Position numbers and translations under genes: made by a program. The notes beneath the pieces were generated by a model. That model did no database searches and was not told the origin of the DNA. It was given only the letters and a program-made list of their open reading frames with translations. A stretch of 64,000 bases of DNA from Zygnema circumcarinatum SAG 698-1b (taxonomy: Eukaryota > Plantae > Zygnematophyceae): positions 858,689-922,688 of the forward strand of contig CM074809.1 of NCBI GenBank assembly GCA_037447605.1, read 5' to 3'. Below are positions 1 through 11,526 of this stretch, piece by piece; within the stretch, counting starts at the first letter, position 1; each line of letters starts with the position of its first letter.

Positions 1-3000
1 GTCCGGTTGCACACTGCATCAACACAATACAACAATTTAGATTGGAACACCAACCATTGATGGGGATTCTTCCCGAATTTGAAGAATACCCATCGACGTG
101 CGGACTTCAAAAGAAACCATATTAGGACTTTGAGGAGAATGACACTTGGAGGTAGACCTCTCACCCGTCTTCATCCATATGCTGTTTGACCTCCAGCGCC
201 TGCTCCCACAACCCAGCTTGGGAGAGAGAGCTTAAAGCACAGTTGAAAGTGGCCAGTGTGCCTTTCACTCCTGCTTTTCGCATCCACTGCAGCACCTGCA
301 TGTATAGGAACCCACACCACATTCACAAAGCCATTAAGTTAGAAGCATTATCTTGACTTCTGCAAGATAAGCGATTCAAACTCTTCTATGTTGAAACTTA
401 ATAGAACGCGCGAAAAACGAACGCTTTATATTTGGTGGCTTGCACATATGGAAGGAATGGACAGGACACGAAAGCTGACAGCATTAGGGGATGGAGTGTG
501 AGCAAAACATGTAGTACCCACCTGTAGACACTTCTGCCATCTCCATGCACGTGCCAATGCTCTCATCAAGACATTGTACGTCAAGACTGTGGGCTCTAAG
601 CCAAGATTTTCCATTTCCAAAAATACCTGCCACCAGCAGGTTGAAAGTTGAAATTACGTTTATTCTTCCCTCGCTTGGGAATTGTGCATGTAGGTTACAA
701 ATGTATCATAAGGGGTAAGGGCCAGTCAAATAGGAGGAGGAAGGGTCAATCGATTATGCAATCGGGAATAAGAACTCGACAAAGGGGACAAAGAAATGAA
801 CCATGCAGCAAGGTTGACGGGGTTCCCTAAAATTGGAAGGAGACAAACAATGAACGAGCCTTAATCGAGCCTGAGTTAATAATGTTATAGACAGACACGA
901 TTGAAACCTAAGAAAATACAGATCTATGTAAGTGGTCCTTTACACACTCACAAAACAAAGTAGGTTTTCTGCAAGCTATTTGGGAGAATCGTGTTTCCAG
1001 CATTAGCCTTCCAACATCCGCACGTCTTGTGCTGGCAGTTCATTTGCCTCCCCTCACCTGAAGGGCTCGCTCGTATTTGCCAGACTTCCCGTATGTATCT
1101 AAAAGTAAGTTAAACGTGCGGACGGACGCCGGACATGGAGTCTGCTTCCGAATTTCCCGCCACACCTTCTCTGCCTCCTTCCAGTCTCGAAGCCTTTTTC
1201 CACCCACCCCGCCAATTATCGTACTTCGTTACATGGCTCCATATGGACACTGCTAAAATTTTCTACAGAGTTAAGAAATCGATCCAAGGCGCTTTGTCAC
1301 TACTTTACACCTATACGTCCTCGCACGGCCAAGCTACAGAACTTAATCCAATGCCATTTTAGCCAAGGGGCAGCAAGAAACAGTAAGGACAATGAAGGAA
1401 GGAAGGTAGATCACAGAAAACTGGTTTAATATTTCAGTAAAATGACAGGTGGTTGGGAAAATAAAACTCACTTGGCACACGCAACAAGAATCTCATTGTA
1501 CGCCACTTCAGTTGAAATTACTCCCTTAACCTCCATGGTTTTTGCCAGTCTAAGCACTTCCTCATATTGGGAGGAGAGGTTGTAGACATGGAGGAGGCTT
1601 GCATATGCAACCTGATCTGGTTCAATACCCTCTGCCTCCATTTCTTCAAATGCGGCTTGGGCTTTCATAGTGAGTCCTGCAGGTGGAAACAATAGGAGAT
1701 AGTAAGGGCTGAGAGGATATCGAAGGTCACCTATAAACAATAAATGTTCACAACAACTACGAAACAGACTGTAGTGTCTTTTAAGTAAATCACCTGGCCT
1801 CTTATCTACTCTGTTTCAGAGTCATCCTACAATTTCAGCGAACTCTGGAATGATTGGTTAGATGATTTCACAGAACTCTATCGTGAGCACACTTCAAGAC
1901 AAGGATTTGGAGGGAGAGGGGGAGCGCCAACAACTACAATGTAAAATGCTTGAGATAATCAGTCCTCTGCTCCTAACACCTTTCTGGCTGTCCAATACAC
2001 ATGTATCCCATTCACACAATAGGACGCGTTTTTTACTCAATCGGAAGTTTAAACCAAAACGACCGTGAATTTTCAGAACATGAGACCAAATCCTGAGAGT
2101 CGTTTGCTTATCAACGATTACCAACTTTTAATCTGCTTGTAATGGATGATGCATGAAGTGAACTTGCTCCACATTGAGATAAAGTGGCAATCTGCTGCAT
2201 TACCTGCTTTTCCATAAGCCTGAGTGAGCGCAGTATAAGTCACCACATTTGGTTTCACTCCCATGTCCTTCATTTGCTCCAAGACACGCCGGGCATCCTC
2301 GAGCATGCCCTGCAACTCCGTACCCACCCCACTCACGTTCGATTACATACACATTCATAAAATCAACATTGGAAACCATGTCAGAGCTTCTAAAGCGATA
2401 AAAAGGGCAAATCCGCTGTGTCATTTCTCGCATATTTCTAGGTTTTACCATCATTGGACAAGCCTAAATAAGAATGCATAGATGGAATTCTTATCTTACC
2501 GTCATCATGATTGCACAGTGAAGCTGCAAATATTCGAAACACTATCCTACAGTCCAGAATGGTGACTACGAAAACGCTCTGCATGCATTCAGTATGCTGA
2601 CACAATTCTTGTCTAGTTCCTATCGTTCCTACGCTCCAGTTTTTTATTCATAGTTTCACACAAGAAGCAAAGTATCCATGAAATCACGGTTCCCACTGGC
2701 CTTAGACATACCTGTGAGCCATATGCATCCACCATGGCGGTCCCCGCTTCCACAGTAACCTTCAATCCTGCACGGCCCATCTGTTCAAAGAGCTGTTTTC
2801 CTACTTCTAAATTTCCCTCTTTCGCTGCTTGGTCGAGTAGGACGCTGTAAGTCACCTCATCTGGAATCAAACCCTTCTCCTTCATTACTCGAAATGCTGA
2901 CATGGCTTGTTCGTGCTGGCCTCCTGCCAAATACGCCCAAATCAACGCATTGTATGCAGCGACATTGAGTCTAATTCCCTTTTCTTCTGCTTCCTGAACA

Positions 3001-6000
3001 TAGCCGCTTGCCAATTCAGGTCGTCCTGTACGTCCAGAAGCTGCAATGAGTGAACAGTACGTGACAACTGTCGCTTGAAGACCCACCCTTTCAATTTCCT
3101 CCTTCAGCTCTATTGCTTCTTCGAATCGTCCAGCTCGGCTATATGCGTCTATCAAAACGTTGTAAGTGACCACATTTGGTTTACAAAGTTTCCTCTTCAT
3201 GAGGTCTAGTACTTGCCGGGCCCCATCCGGATTTCCTCCTTTACCATATGCATTGATCAGAGACGAATATGAGACGACATCTGGTTCGATGCCTGCCTTT
3301 ATCAACATGTCAAATCGATTCTGTGCTTCTTCAAATTTTCCCCAAGTAGCATATGCATCTATTAGAGTGTTATATGACACTACATTCGGCTCTAATCCAT
3401 CTCTTACTATACAGTCAAACACCTCACGTGCTTGAGCAAATCTCCCTCCTGCAGCATATGAGTGCATGAGAAGGTTATACGTGATAATATCTGGTTTCAA
3501 GCCTGTTCCTGGCTTCTCTTCTTTCATGCGATCGAAGATTTCTAATACATCATCATGGTTTCTTAATTTTGCATGACAGTTCATCACGATGTTAAGAGTA
3601 GCTAACTTTGGCGTTACACCCATAGCCAACATTTTCTTGTAAAAGTCCAAGGCCTTCTGATATTGTTCCCCATTGCGAAAAGCTGTCAAAATGGTGTTAT
3701 AAGTGATAATATCAGGCGGTACTCCAGCTTTCAGCATCCGATCATACATCTCCAGGGCTTGTTCCCATTGTCCAGAAACACCATAAGCGTGAATGAGAAG
3801 GTTGTAGGAGCACCGAGAGGGAGGGATCTGTGCCAGAATAACAGGATCAGGCTACCAATAAGCATGAAATTATCATGTCACATTAGCTTTGGAGCTGCTG
3901 TAGTCATGAAGAGAAATCAGTGGCTTTTTGATTGGTTGTCTCTTGAGCAAAACTACTGCACTGAAGGGTTTCCATATTATGTCAACCATATTCCCTCATG
4001 GTTACAACTCTACTTCACTGCATGCGGGTGTATGTGGGTTCTACTTGCAATACTTCTTATCTGCACATAAATAGTATATGATAGCTCAGAAATTTTCCAG
4101 CTCATGCTATCAATAGTTTTAGGAATTTCCAGCACAGTAAAACTCCCAAGCATACCCCCTGGAAAGTAGTGCAGTTAAGTCCTAGGCATCATCCGGACCA
4201 GGACATTGTGCGATAAACGAACTCAGCATTTGTAAACTCACTCCATTTTGAAGCATAGTCTCGAACACCTTGGCAGCACCATTTGGATCCCTGGCGCGTC
4301 CATGAGCTGAGATAAGGGCACTATATGTCTCCAAATTAGGTGTGCATCTGGTAGGAACACACAAAAGGAGAATCTCAAAAAAACGAAAATGGACAAACGT
4401 TCACGAGCTGACACTGTGCCGAAACATTTCAAAAACTCTGCACATGGTGCGCTGCACGAACAATGACATGATAGAGGTCTGTTTAGATAATAAGTGCAAA
4501 AATCAGGAAAAGGGTAGACCAGTCTGCCTGCATCAACAGATGCAAGAAAAGAGCAAGCAGAGAGAGAATGCCTAAATATATTGATGATGTGCTATAGCGT
4601 GAAAGGGATACATTCAAGTAAACTACCTCCATTCCTGCATCTCATAAAAGAGACGCCGAGTCTGATTGAGGCGCCTATGCCGTGCTGCCAGCTGGCACAG
4701 CATGTTATACATGTCTGTGCGAGCACGGTAACAACGCTGACTCTTAACCCAGTTGAATACCTTCAGGCTCAGTTGCAAGTTTCCTGACTTCGTTATCTCC
4801 TGCAATTCTTAAGTACATTGCAACAGCCACATGATCCAATCAGAAAAGCGAGAGTGATTTTAGACGCAGATACAAGAGAACAAAAGGTTGACAAGGAAAC
4901 GGGGAACGGCCCAATTCCATGTAAAACCTAATATTCTGATCATTCTGGAAGAGGAGTTTGCCGTATAGAAATGTTGACGTGTTATAAAATCTGAGAATAA
5001 TTTCCAGTGTCAAGCCTGAATGAATGAATGAATGCAGTGCAGAATTATGTGCGCAAAATGGATGAAAGAAAGAGAAGAAACACAGGCCAGTAATGGTACA
5101 ATGGCAAGGCAATCGAGCCACAAAAATGGTAGAGAAGACTGGCTTACTAGCGTTGCTTAGAATGCTGTGAAGTCGGAAAAAGAATGTGCCAAGGATAAAT
5201 TATGACGGAGGTGAGGCACAACAAGATTACAACGAGACCAGGAAAGCAGGTGAAAAACAATGGAGTGGAAAAAAATGGCAAGTACCTTCATGAGCACTGG
5301 AAAATTTTGCCGGCTAGTCCGTCCATTCCAGTGGTTTAGGACTCTGTCAACATCCTCGTAATGCTTCAGCTTCATCACCTGGGGAAGAATCTCTGCCACT
5401 TCATTGCTCGCTTCTTGGCCTTCCGTCGCGCGGCTCTGCTGACTTCCATCCCGTATCCTTCGAGATGCTGGCCCTTCTAAAGCCGTCCACCTTCTGACAG
5501 GGAGTTTCCGATCATTCAAATACACCTGAGGAGGAATGAACCTCGCCTTCCGCTGCTTTGAAACTCCATTCGAGTCCTCTCCTGCACTCTCATCCACTCC
5601 CTCAGAACCAGAAAAACTCCTAAGCTCTTCTTCTCTATCGCTATCACTTACATCAATTCCCCAACCACCGTCAACACCGGTTACCCTCGCAGCTTTCGTC
5701 TCTCGAGAAGCGTTCGTTTGGCCCAGATTCTCCTCCTCCAAACTGTTCTCGCTCCCAGCGTCTCGCAAGTCACTCCCCTCCTCGCTCATTCTCCAGCTGT
5801 CTCTCGAGGATTCCTGCCACTTCATGCCTGAAGCTTCCATTTTTCCTCGCCGTTCCGTCGTCCTCCATCCTTCGCTGATATCCTCAGCTTCTGCTGCAAC
5901 GGAGCTTTCGAAGGCCGACAAGGACCGCAAACTCGCGTGCTTAGGCCCCTCACTCGGGCTACCACAGCTAGGCATCGCCATGGCTAGGTCAGCCCTACTT

Positions 6001-6353
6001 CCATCCCCTTCGTCCATGCCCATAGCACCATGAAATTCTTTTCTCTTTACATTCATTCCTCCTGCAAGAGCCACCTGGCGCCTCCAACCTGTAGACGTCT
6101 TCGGCTCTTCTGACCCAGCCATGGCCACCACGACTTTATGTAAAACAAGAGAGCTCGAAGTCGCCGTACGAAAGCCATGGCTGCCGCTCCTCTCGTCGGG
6201 AGGCGCTGCACCTGAAAACGAATTTAAGCAGGCTGCAAAGTGACAAGGCTTTGAACGGGAAATTGCAATGGAGAGGCATGTGCAGCGAGGCGCCCCGTGG
6301 AATTGTGCGAGGAGCGGCAAGGGGGCCGCTGGAGAAGGAGACATCGCCGCCAT
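1..6353 (-). CDS. EMB2654: P-class pentatricopeptide repeat protein, EMB2654 (At2g41720)-like, plastid-targeted; 3' end runs off the window
   Basis: Spliced minus-strand model with consistent phases. Exons: 6353-5286, 4799-4627, 4347-4242, 3827-2712, 2309-2204, 1676-1472, ~1193-1058 (acceptor uncertain), 626-522, 295-165, 13-1. Tandem 35-aa PPR motifs (PDIITYNTIL, PNVVSYNTLIDAYA, PDVVSYSSLINAYG). The N-terminal NHWNGRTSRQNFPVLMK...VFNWVKSQRCYRARTDMYN matches EMB2654 as I recall that sequence. Ser/Ala-rich transit-peptide-like N-terminus. Confidence 0.85.
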
Positions 6354-6870
6354 GGCCTGCAAGTTCTGCAACCTTCCTTGTTGCTCCCCGCCCTGTCTCC
6401 GGGAAGAGGGAGGCGAGGAGGGAGGGGGGGGCGCTTTAGGGTTGAGGCGACGACGAATTTCAAGATATTTTCAAGGTTTGAACCCGCGATCACCTCATCA
6501 CAGACAAATCCCAGTGGGGGTAAGCATTCCAAGTTCAAGATTCTACCAATGATAGCGGGCCACGTCTGTAAATTTGATTTGAACAATCGTTTAGTGTACG
6601 TGGCGGAAAGTTACTGGATAAAGATTCAAAATTCAACTAAAGTTTACCATCAATGGAGCACGGCCCTCCACCTAGGTCCACTCGACACCCACCTTATTGG
6701 TGGATTTTGGATGGTGGTGGACCCAAGTGGACCCCTGGTGGCTATAGTATCCAGGATTCAGGATCCACAGAGACCTCTCCTCCAATTGTAAATCGGCGAC
6801 CTATGCGAAAAATACGCGCCAGTTCACATTTCCCAGAATTACTGTAACAGATTCATTCACCTACATTCAC

Positions 6871-7006
6871 GCCACGTGTCAATCGCTAAGGGCGTAGGAG
6901 GACAGCCCACGTGGCGCCAAAGCGAGCTCAAAAAAGTCGGCGCTCAACGTGGCGGCCGTTGCAGGGGCCGAGCGGAGCTCGCGGCGGGTCTGTTGTGTTT
7001 ACGTCA
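6871..7006. promoter_or_regulatory. G-box/ABRE-like cluster in the divergent intergenic region between the PPR gene and the orphan ORF
   Basis: GCCACGTGTC 6871-6880, CCACGTGGC 6907-6915, TTACGTCA 6999-7006. Motif match only. Confidence 0.4.
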
Positions 7007-7242
7007 TCAAACACAAATATCAACAGCCATGGTCCGTCGGCGGTTGCAGAAGCCGCCGCATGTCATCTATATCAGTTCCTTCATCGTCGCATAGGTGACG
7101 TGTACTGTACGAAACCGTCCAGACTAACACAAATGTTATCGCGTCAAAGATATTCTGTCAAGGCTCTCGTCGAAGCCCTCCCTTCAGCCTCTTGGATGAG
7201 TCCTTCCCTGAAAATTTCTGCTGCATCTCTAGGCTCTCTTTC

Positions 7243-7452
7243 TCCCCTCTCCCTCTCCCTCTCCCTCTCCCACTCCCTCTCCCTGTCCCTTGGCCTCGCC
7301 TCGCCCTCGCCTCGCCCTCGCCCTCGCCTCTCCCTCTCCCTCTCCCTCTCCCTCTCCCTCTCCCTCTCCCTCTCCCTCTCCCCCTCCCTCGCACTCGCCC
7401 TCTCCCTCCCTCTCCCTCGCCCTCGCCCTCGCCCTCTCCCTCTCCCTCTCCC
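7243..7452 (+). repeat. (CCCTCT/CCTCGC)n pyrimidine microsatellite, probable 5' UTR
   Basis: Direct hexamer tandem array. It explains the overlapping RGRG/SPSP/ERER ORFs in the track. Confidence 0.95.
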
Positions 7453-7468
7453 TTCCTGCCTCTCCCAA

Positions 7469-8080
7469 ATGTCTGCCGCCACTGATCTCCCGGATCCGAC
7501 GGAATATTCCAAAACGCTTTCTCTTGTTTCCGTCAGCTTCAAGTCGACCACAAGCCAGTCATTTGGAGAAGAAGAGCTGGTTTCAGACGCAAGCAACAGC
7601 AGCGGCAGCAGCGCAAGATGGGCAAACAGCGAAAAGAGTTCGGAGCTTTCAGACCACTTTGTGGACGCGGCGGATCGGTTTCAAAGCATGCGCAGTACTC
7701 ACTCGCATTTGGCTGGATTGTGCGACTGCTGCGGAGTGACTCGCGACGATTATCGAGTTCAATTTTCTGGATACGAGCTTGAACACTGGTTTCAGCAGTC
7801 ACATAACTCAGGGTTTGAAAGCAGGAATCGTTCCCTGTCAAAAAGTTTCAGGCACCAAAGAAGCGGTAATAAAGGTGGATGGAGCTTCTGGGACGAGGAA
7901 GAGAATGAAAATCAGCACATGCTGAATGTCGGCTCAAGAATGATCGAGAAGCTGCGGCGTTGCGGGTACATAAATTATGTACACGCGGCAAAACTGGGGT
8001 TTGACGGCTCGTTCGGGCGAAGCAGCTTACGGCATCCTCATGTTTCGTTGACTGCAGAAGCTGGAGCTGAGAGCTACTAA
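7469..8080 (+). CDS. Hypothetical intronless protein (203 aa), no recognised domain
   Basis: ATG just after the CT-rich tract; non-repetitive open frame MSAATDLPDPTEYSK...AGAESY*; divergent from the PPR gene. Confidence 0.5.
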   Translation: MSAATDLPDPTEYSKTLSLVSVSFKSTTSQSFGEEELVSDASNSSGSSARWANSEKSSELSDHFVDAADRFQSMRSTHSHLAGLCDCCGVTRDDYRVQFSGYELEHWFQQSHNSGFESRNRSLSKSFRHQRSGNKGGWSFWDEEENENQHMLNVGSRMIEKLRRCGYINYVHAAKLGFDGSFGRSSLRHPHVSLTAEAGAESY

Positions 8081-8540
8081 TTGACCTGTAGGACAGCGGG
8101 AAATGGTTGAGGAAATATGTACAGTAGTTTCATTTATCTTCTATTTTCTTTTGCAACAATGTCAGGCCTCTGCCAGAGCCGTGCAAGTATGGCTGCAACA
8201 TCTAAGAGTCTGTGAGATTTGTACGATGTCATGACTTCGGCAAAACGCTGCTTGTAGAAGACTTGAAGACGAATATTTCTCGTCCACGAGAACTTGGAAG
8301 TAAAATGATCTTTTTACATTCTGTAATTCATATAAAACTGCTTGATTGCAGCAAACCAATCGTTTTCTTGTACTGGGAAGTTCCCTGTTCCCTTCCTTCC
8401 CTTCCTTTTCCTTGTTTCCATTCCGTTGTTTTGTTGCTACGAAATTTGTTTCAAGTTGCGGGTCTTACGGTGTGTAAGATGTCGAAGCTTTGGGCTGCAA
8501 TGTTGGACAGATGCTTGCTTACTGCAGCCACGGGAGTATG

Positions 8541-8820
8541 AGAAGAAGAAGAAGAAGAAGAAGAAGAAGAGAAGAAGGAGAAGAAGAAGAAGAGAAGAAG
8601 GAGAAGAAGAAGAAGAAGAAGAGAAGAAGGAGAAGAAGAAGAAGAGAAGAAGGAGAAGAAGAAGAAGAAGAGAAGAAGGAGAAGAAGGAGAAGAGAAGAA
8701 GGAGAGGAAGAAGAAGAAGAAGAGAAGAAGGAGAAGAAGAAGAAGAATAGAAGAAGGAGAAGAAGGAGAAGAAGAAGGAGAAGAAGAAGAAGAAGAAGAA
8801 GGAGAAGAAAAAGAAGGGAA
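8541..8820 (+). repeat. (GAA/GGA)n microsatellite with higher-order units
   Basis: About 280 bp of AGA/GGA triplets; source of the poly-K/R/E and poly-L/S/F ORFs. Confidence 0.95.
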
Positions 8821-9182
8821 GGTGGCATTTCATGAATACTGACGTCATGATGTTGAGTCAGCAATCTTGCTATCTTGCTATCTTGCTCTCTCTCTATTAG
8901 TATTAATCTTAGCATAAGGAGAGAGAAATAGCATTGATCTCACGATGGCAAGGCCATCAAACGTACATGGACAAAATCAACATGGGGAACCAAAGGAATC
9001 GGTCGCAAAGGACCGAAGGACAAATAGAAAGAGCCTATAAATGGAATCTACTTCTAGGCTCAACAGCACGGCCCTAGAAGCAGCCACAAAAGCATTAGTC
9101 TTGGTCTTGGTATTAGTATTAGTATTAGTATTAGTATTAGTATTAGTATTAGTATTAGTATTAGTATTAGTATTAGTATTAG
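8815..9182 (+). repeat. Dispersed repeat (possible SINE/non-LTR 3' remnant) ending in (TATTAG)12
   Basis: 8815-8880 recurs at ~25405-25470 (about 63 bp, 3 mismatches); 8931-9030 recurs inverted at ~10260-10360; TATTAG x12 at 9111-9182. Confidence 0.55.
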
Positions 9183-9690
9183 AGTATTAATAGTGTAGAA
9201 GCCATTGTGAGATGAATGCCACATCTCCCCATTGGGGATTTAGGGTTAATAGGTTAGGGGGAGATTTTCCACCTCTCGAATGTGAAACCAGAAAAGGTAT
9301 TACAGTATTGCGTTACAAGCACACGTACCGCATTTCAACCGGCCGGCACGTCCTGCTTCTTGACGGCCGGCAAAAATGCGGCGCGCCGGCATTCCCCCGC
9401 GTCGCCGGCCGGCCGTCGGCGATGGTCCCCCGGGCAGCCGCCGCATGCGACAAAGGCTGCCGCCCGGTTTGGGATGTGGCGTGTGCGCGAAGTGCATACC
9501 GTCCTCTCTACCACGTCGGATCTGGGGTGTGCCTCGAAGGAGATACCGCTGTGGAGCAGCCCTCTTTTTTTTTAATTCAAGGGCTTTCCCTCAATCCCTC
9601 GAGGCGTAAAATGCACAACGATGATGTTACGATGCGCGATGTTACGCGATGTGCGTAACATCGCGCCATTTTATTTTACCATTTTTTTTT

Positions 9691-10551
9691 GGAGAATGAT
9701 ACTGCACCTCCCCCATTTTGGATATACCAGCCCCCCTTTGGAAATTTTGCCCTCCCATTCTGGTTACCCCCCCCCCGTTTGGATATTCCACCCCCTTATT
9801 TTGGATATCCCACCCCCCCTGTTTTGGCTATTTCGGGAGGAGATATCCCCTGCCCTCCCCTCCCGTCCCGTCCCCTCCCCTCGTCTCTCTCCTCTTCTCG
9901 GTTTGCAATGTCCACAAAATTGCTACCAACTGAGTATAAGACCCGCGATGAGCTCGCACAAGTCATCACCGAGCAAACAAAGGTAACAAATGTTCCAATT
10001 GCAAGCAACCAGGCGACCTTCAGCACTACAAGCATAAAGGAGTTCACATCAAGATCGGCAGGCACAGCGACAGCCGCCGACTCCACCAGCAATGCTTCAG
10101 TTGGGGGACCTACGTGGATAGAGGTCAAGAAGAGAGTAACAAGAAGAGGCATACCTCCAGCCGCTTGAAAAATTTCCCTCTCGAGATCAAGGCGACCTTT
10201 TCCAAGTAGAAGGACTTTAGTTTAGTTTTTTTTTTTTAGTTTTTTGCTCCTAGTTTTTTATGTTTTGCTTAGGTCCTTTGCTATAAGTTTCTCGTGGTTC
10301 CCCATGTTGACTTCGTCCATATTCATTTGATGGCCTCACCATCGTGAGATCAATGCAAATCCCCTTTTCTTTTGTTGCACAATGTTGGAAGTCAGTAGTG
10401 AAAAGGAGAAAACAAGGGGGGTGGGATATCCAAAATAAGGGGGTGAAATATCTAAAACAAGGGGCGGGATAACCAAAATGAGAGGGCAAAATTTTTAGAA
10501 AAGAGGGGTGGAATATCCAAAATGGGGGGGGGGGGTGGGGTATCATTCTCC
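9691..10551. mobile_element. Non-autonomous Mutator-like (MULE) element with ~140-bp TIRs
   Basis: 9691-~9826 and ~10409-10551 are inverted repeats (roughly 80% identical by eye), starting GGAGAATGATAC and carrying repeated TTTTGGATAT motifs. Both flanks are T8-9 runs, consistent with a 9-bp AT-rich TSD. Confidence 0.7.
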
Positions 10552-11526
10552 CTTTTTTTTGTTGTTGAGATCAATGCCACTTCATGTTTGCGACGGTACA
10601 CTTTGACATCCGTTGGTTTGCAGGTTTTGGACCAATGGTTGGCGGCACCTGAACGAGTGGGCACCTTTGCGAGCAGAAAAACCCTAAAAACCCTAAAAGA
10701 CTTGAGGACTCGTTTCTGCTTAGAGTTTGCTTTCCTCCTTTGCGGAAATCCTATCTTTAGTTTTTCAAAGCCTCGTCCAAGTATTGAAAGTCAAGGGCGG
10801 TTGATCCGTCGAGGAATACGAAGAATTGTGGGACTCGGCAGCGCTCCTTTCGGGAGGTGTCTTGCCTGCAGGAGGAGGCTTTGTCTTTCGGGCTGAATTT
10901 ATTTTCAAAAGGTATGCATTCAATTTTGCACCCTTTTCCCATTCTCTATTGGATTGCCTAAACAAGCCTTCAAATTTAGAGGACGTACAAGACGAAAAGT
11001 CTCCACATCAGTCAACGCCAATCTTTAAGCGAAAAATGTGGATATCAAACATGTGAAACTTTGCAACCCACCTCCCTGGCAGCAGTAGGAAGCTTTGAAC
11101 CTGTGAGCATACAAAGGCATTTTCCTCAAGCACACGTTCTTCGCAGAATCCAAACAGCTTCCAAGCTTACTACGAGAAGTTGTCGATCGGTAGCTTTTGA
11201 TTCACCTGCGTAACATAAAAATACTGAATTTTTGAAATGAGTTCTGAGGATGCGCAATTTGACAGCAATATAAAGCCGACTGTAAACAGACGAAATGCTC
11301 GCTAAAAAATCCAATGGCTGTCTCATGAGCGACGTTCTGCCTACATCGATATAAAGTTTAAAGAACATGGCAAGCACTTAATCTTATAGAACCAAAGACA
11401 TAATAAACTGGAGGGATAGGAAGCCTGTCTTGTATAATCTTCAAAATTAATCTTGATTTCGCAATGTCCTATTTCCCCTTAATTGAAGAAGATGCAAACA
11501 CAGAGCATCTCCGCATGTAGCCTTGC

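Noticed and set aside
6911-7739. Long overlapping ORFs (RGRG, SPSP, ERER), including the 389-aa ORF at 6911
   Set aside because: The CT/GA hexamer repeats cannot encode stops. Only the part from ATG 7469 is non-repetitive.
8342-8915. Poly-K/R/E and poly-L/S/F ORFs
   Set aside because: Translations of the GAA microsatellite.
10676-10920. Tandem telo-boxes (AAACCCTAA x2) followed by a donor-like AAG|GTATGC
   Set aside because: No start codon or downstream exon could be linked; at most a gene or TE remnant.
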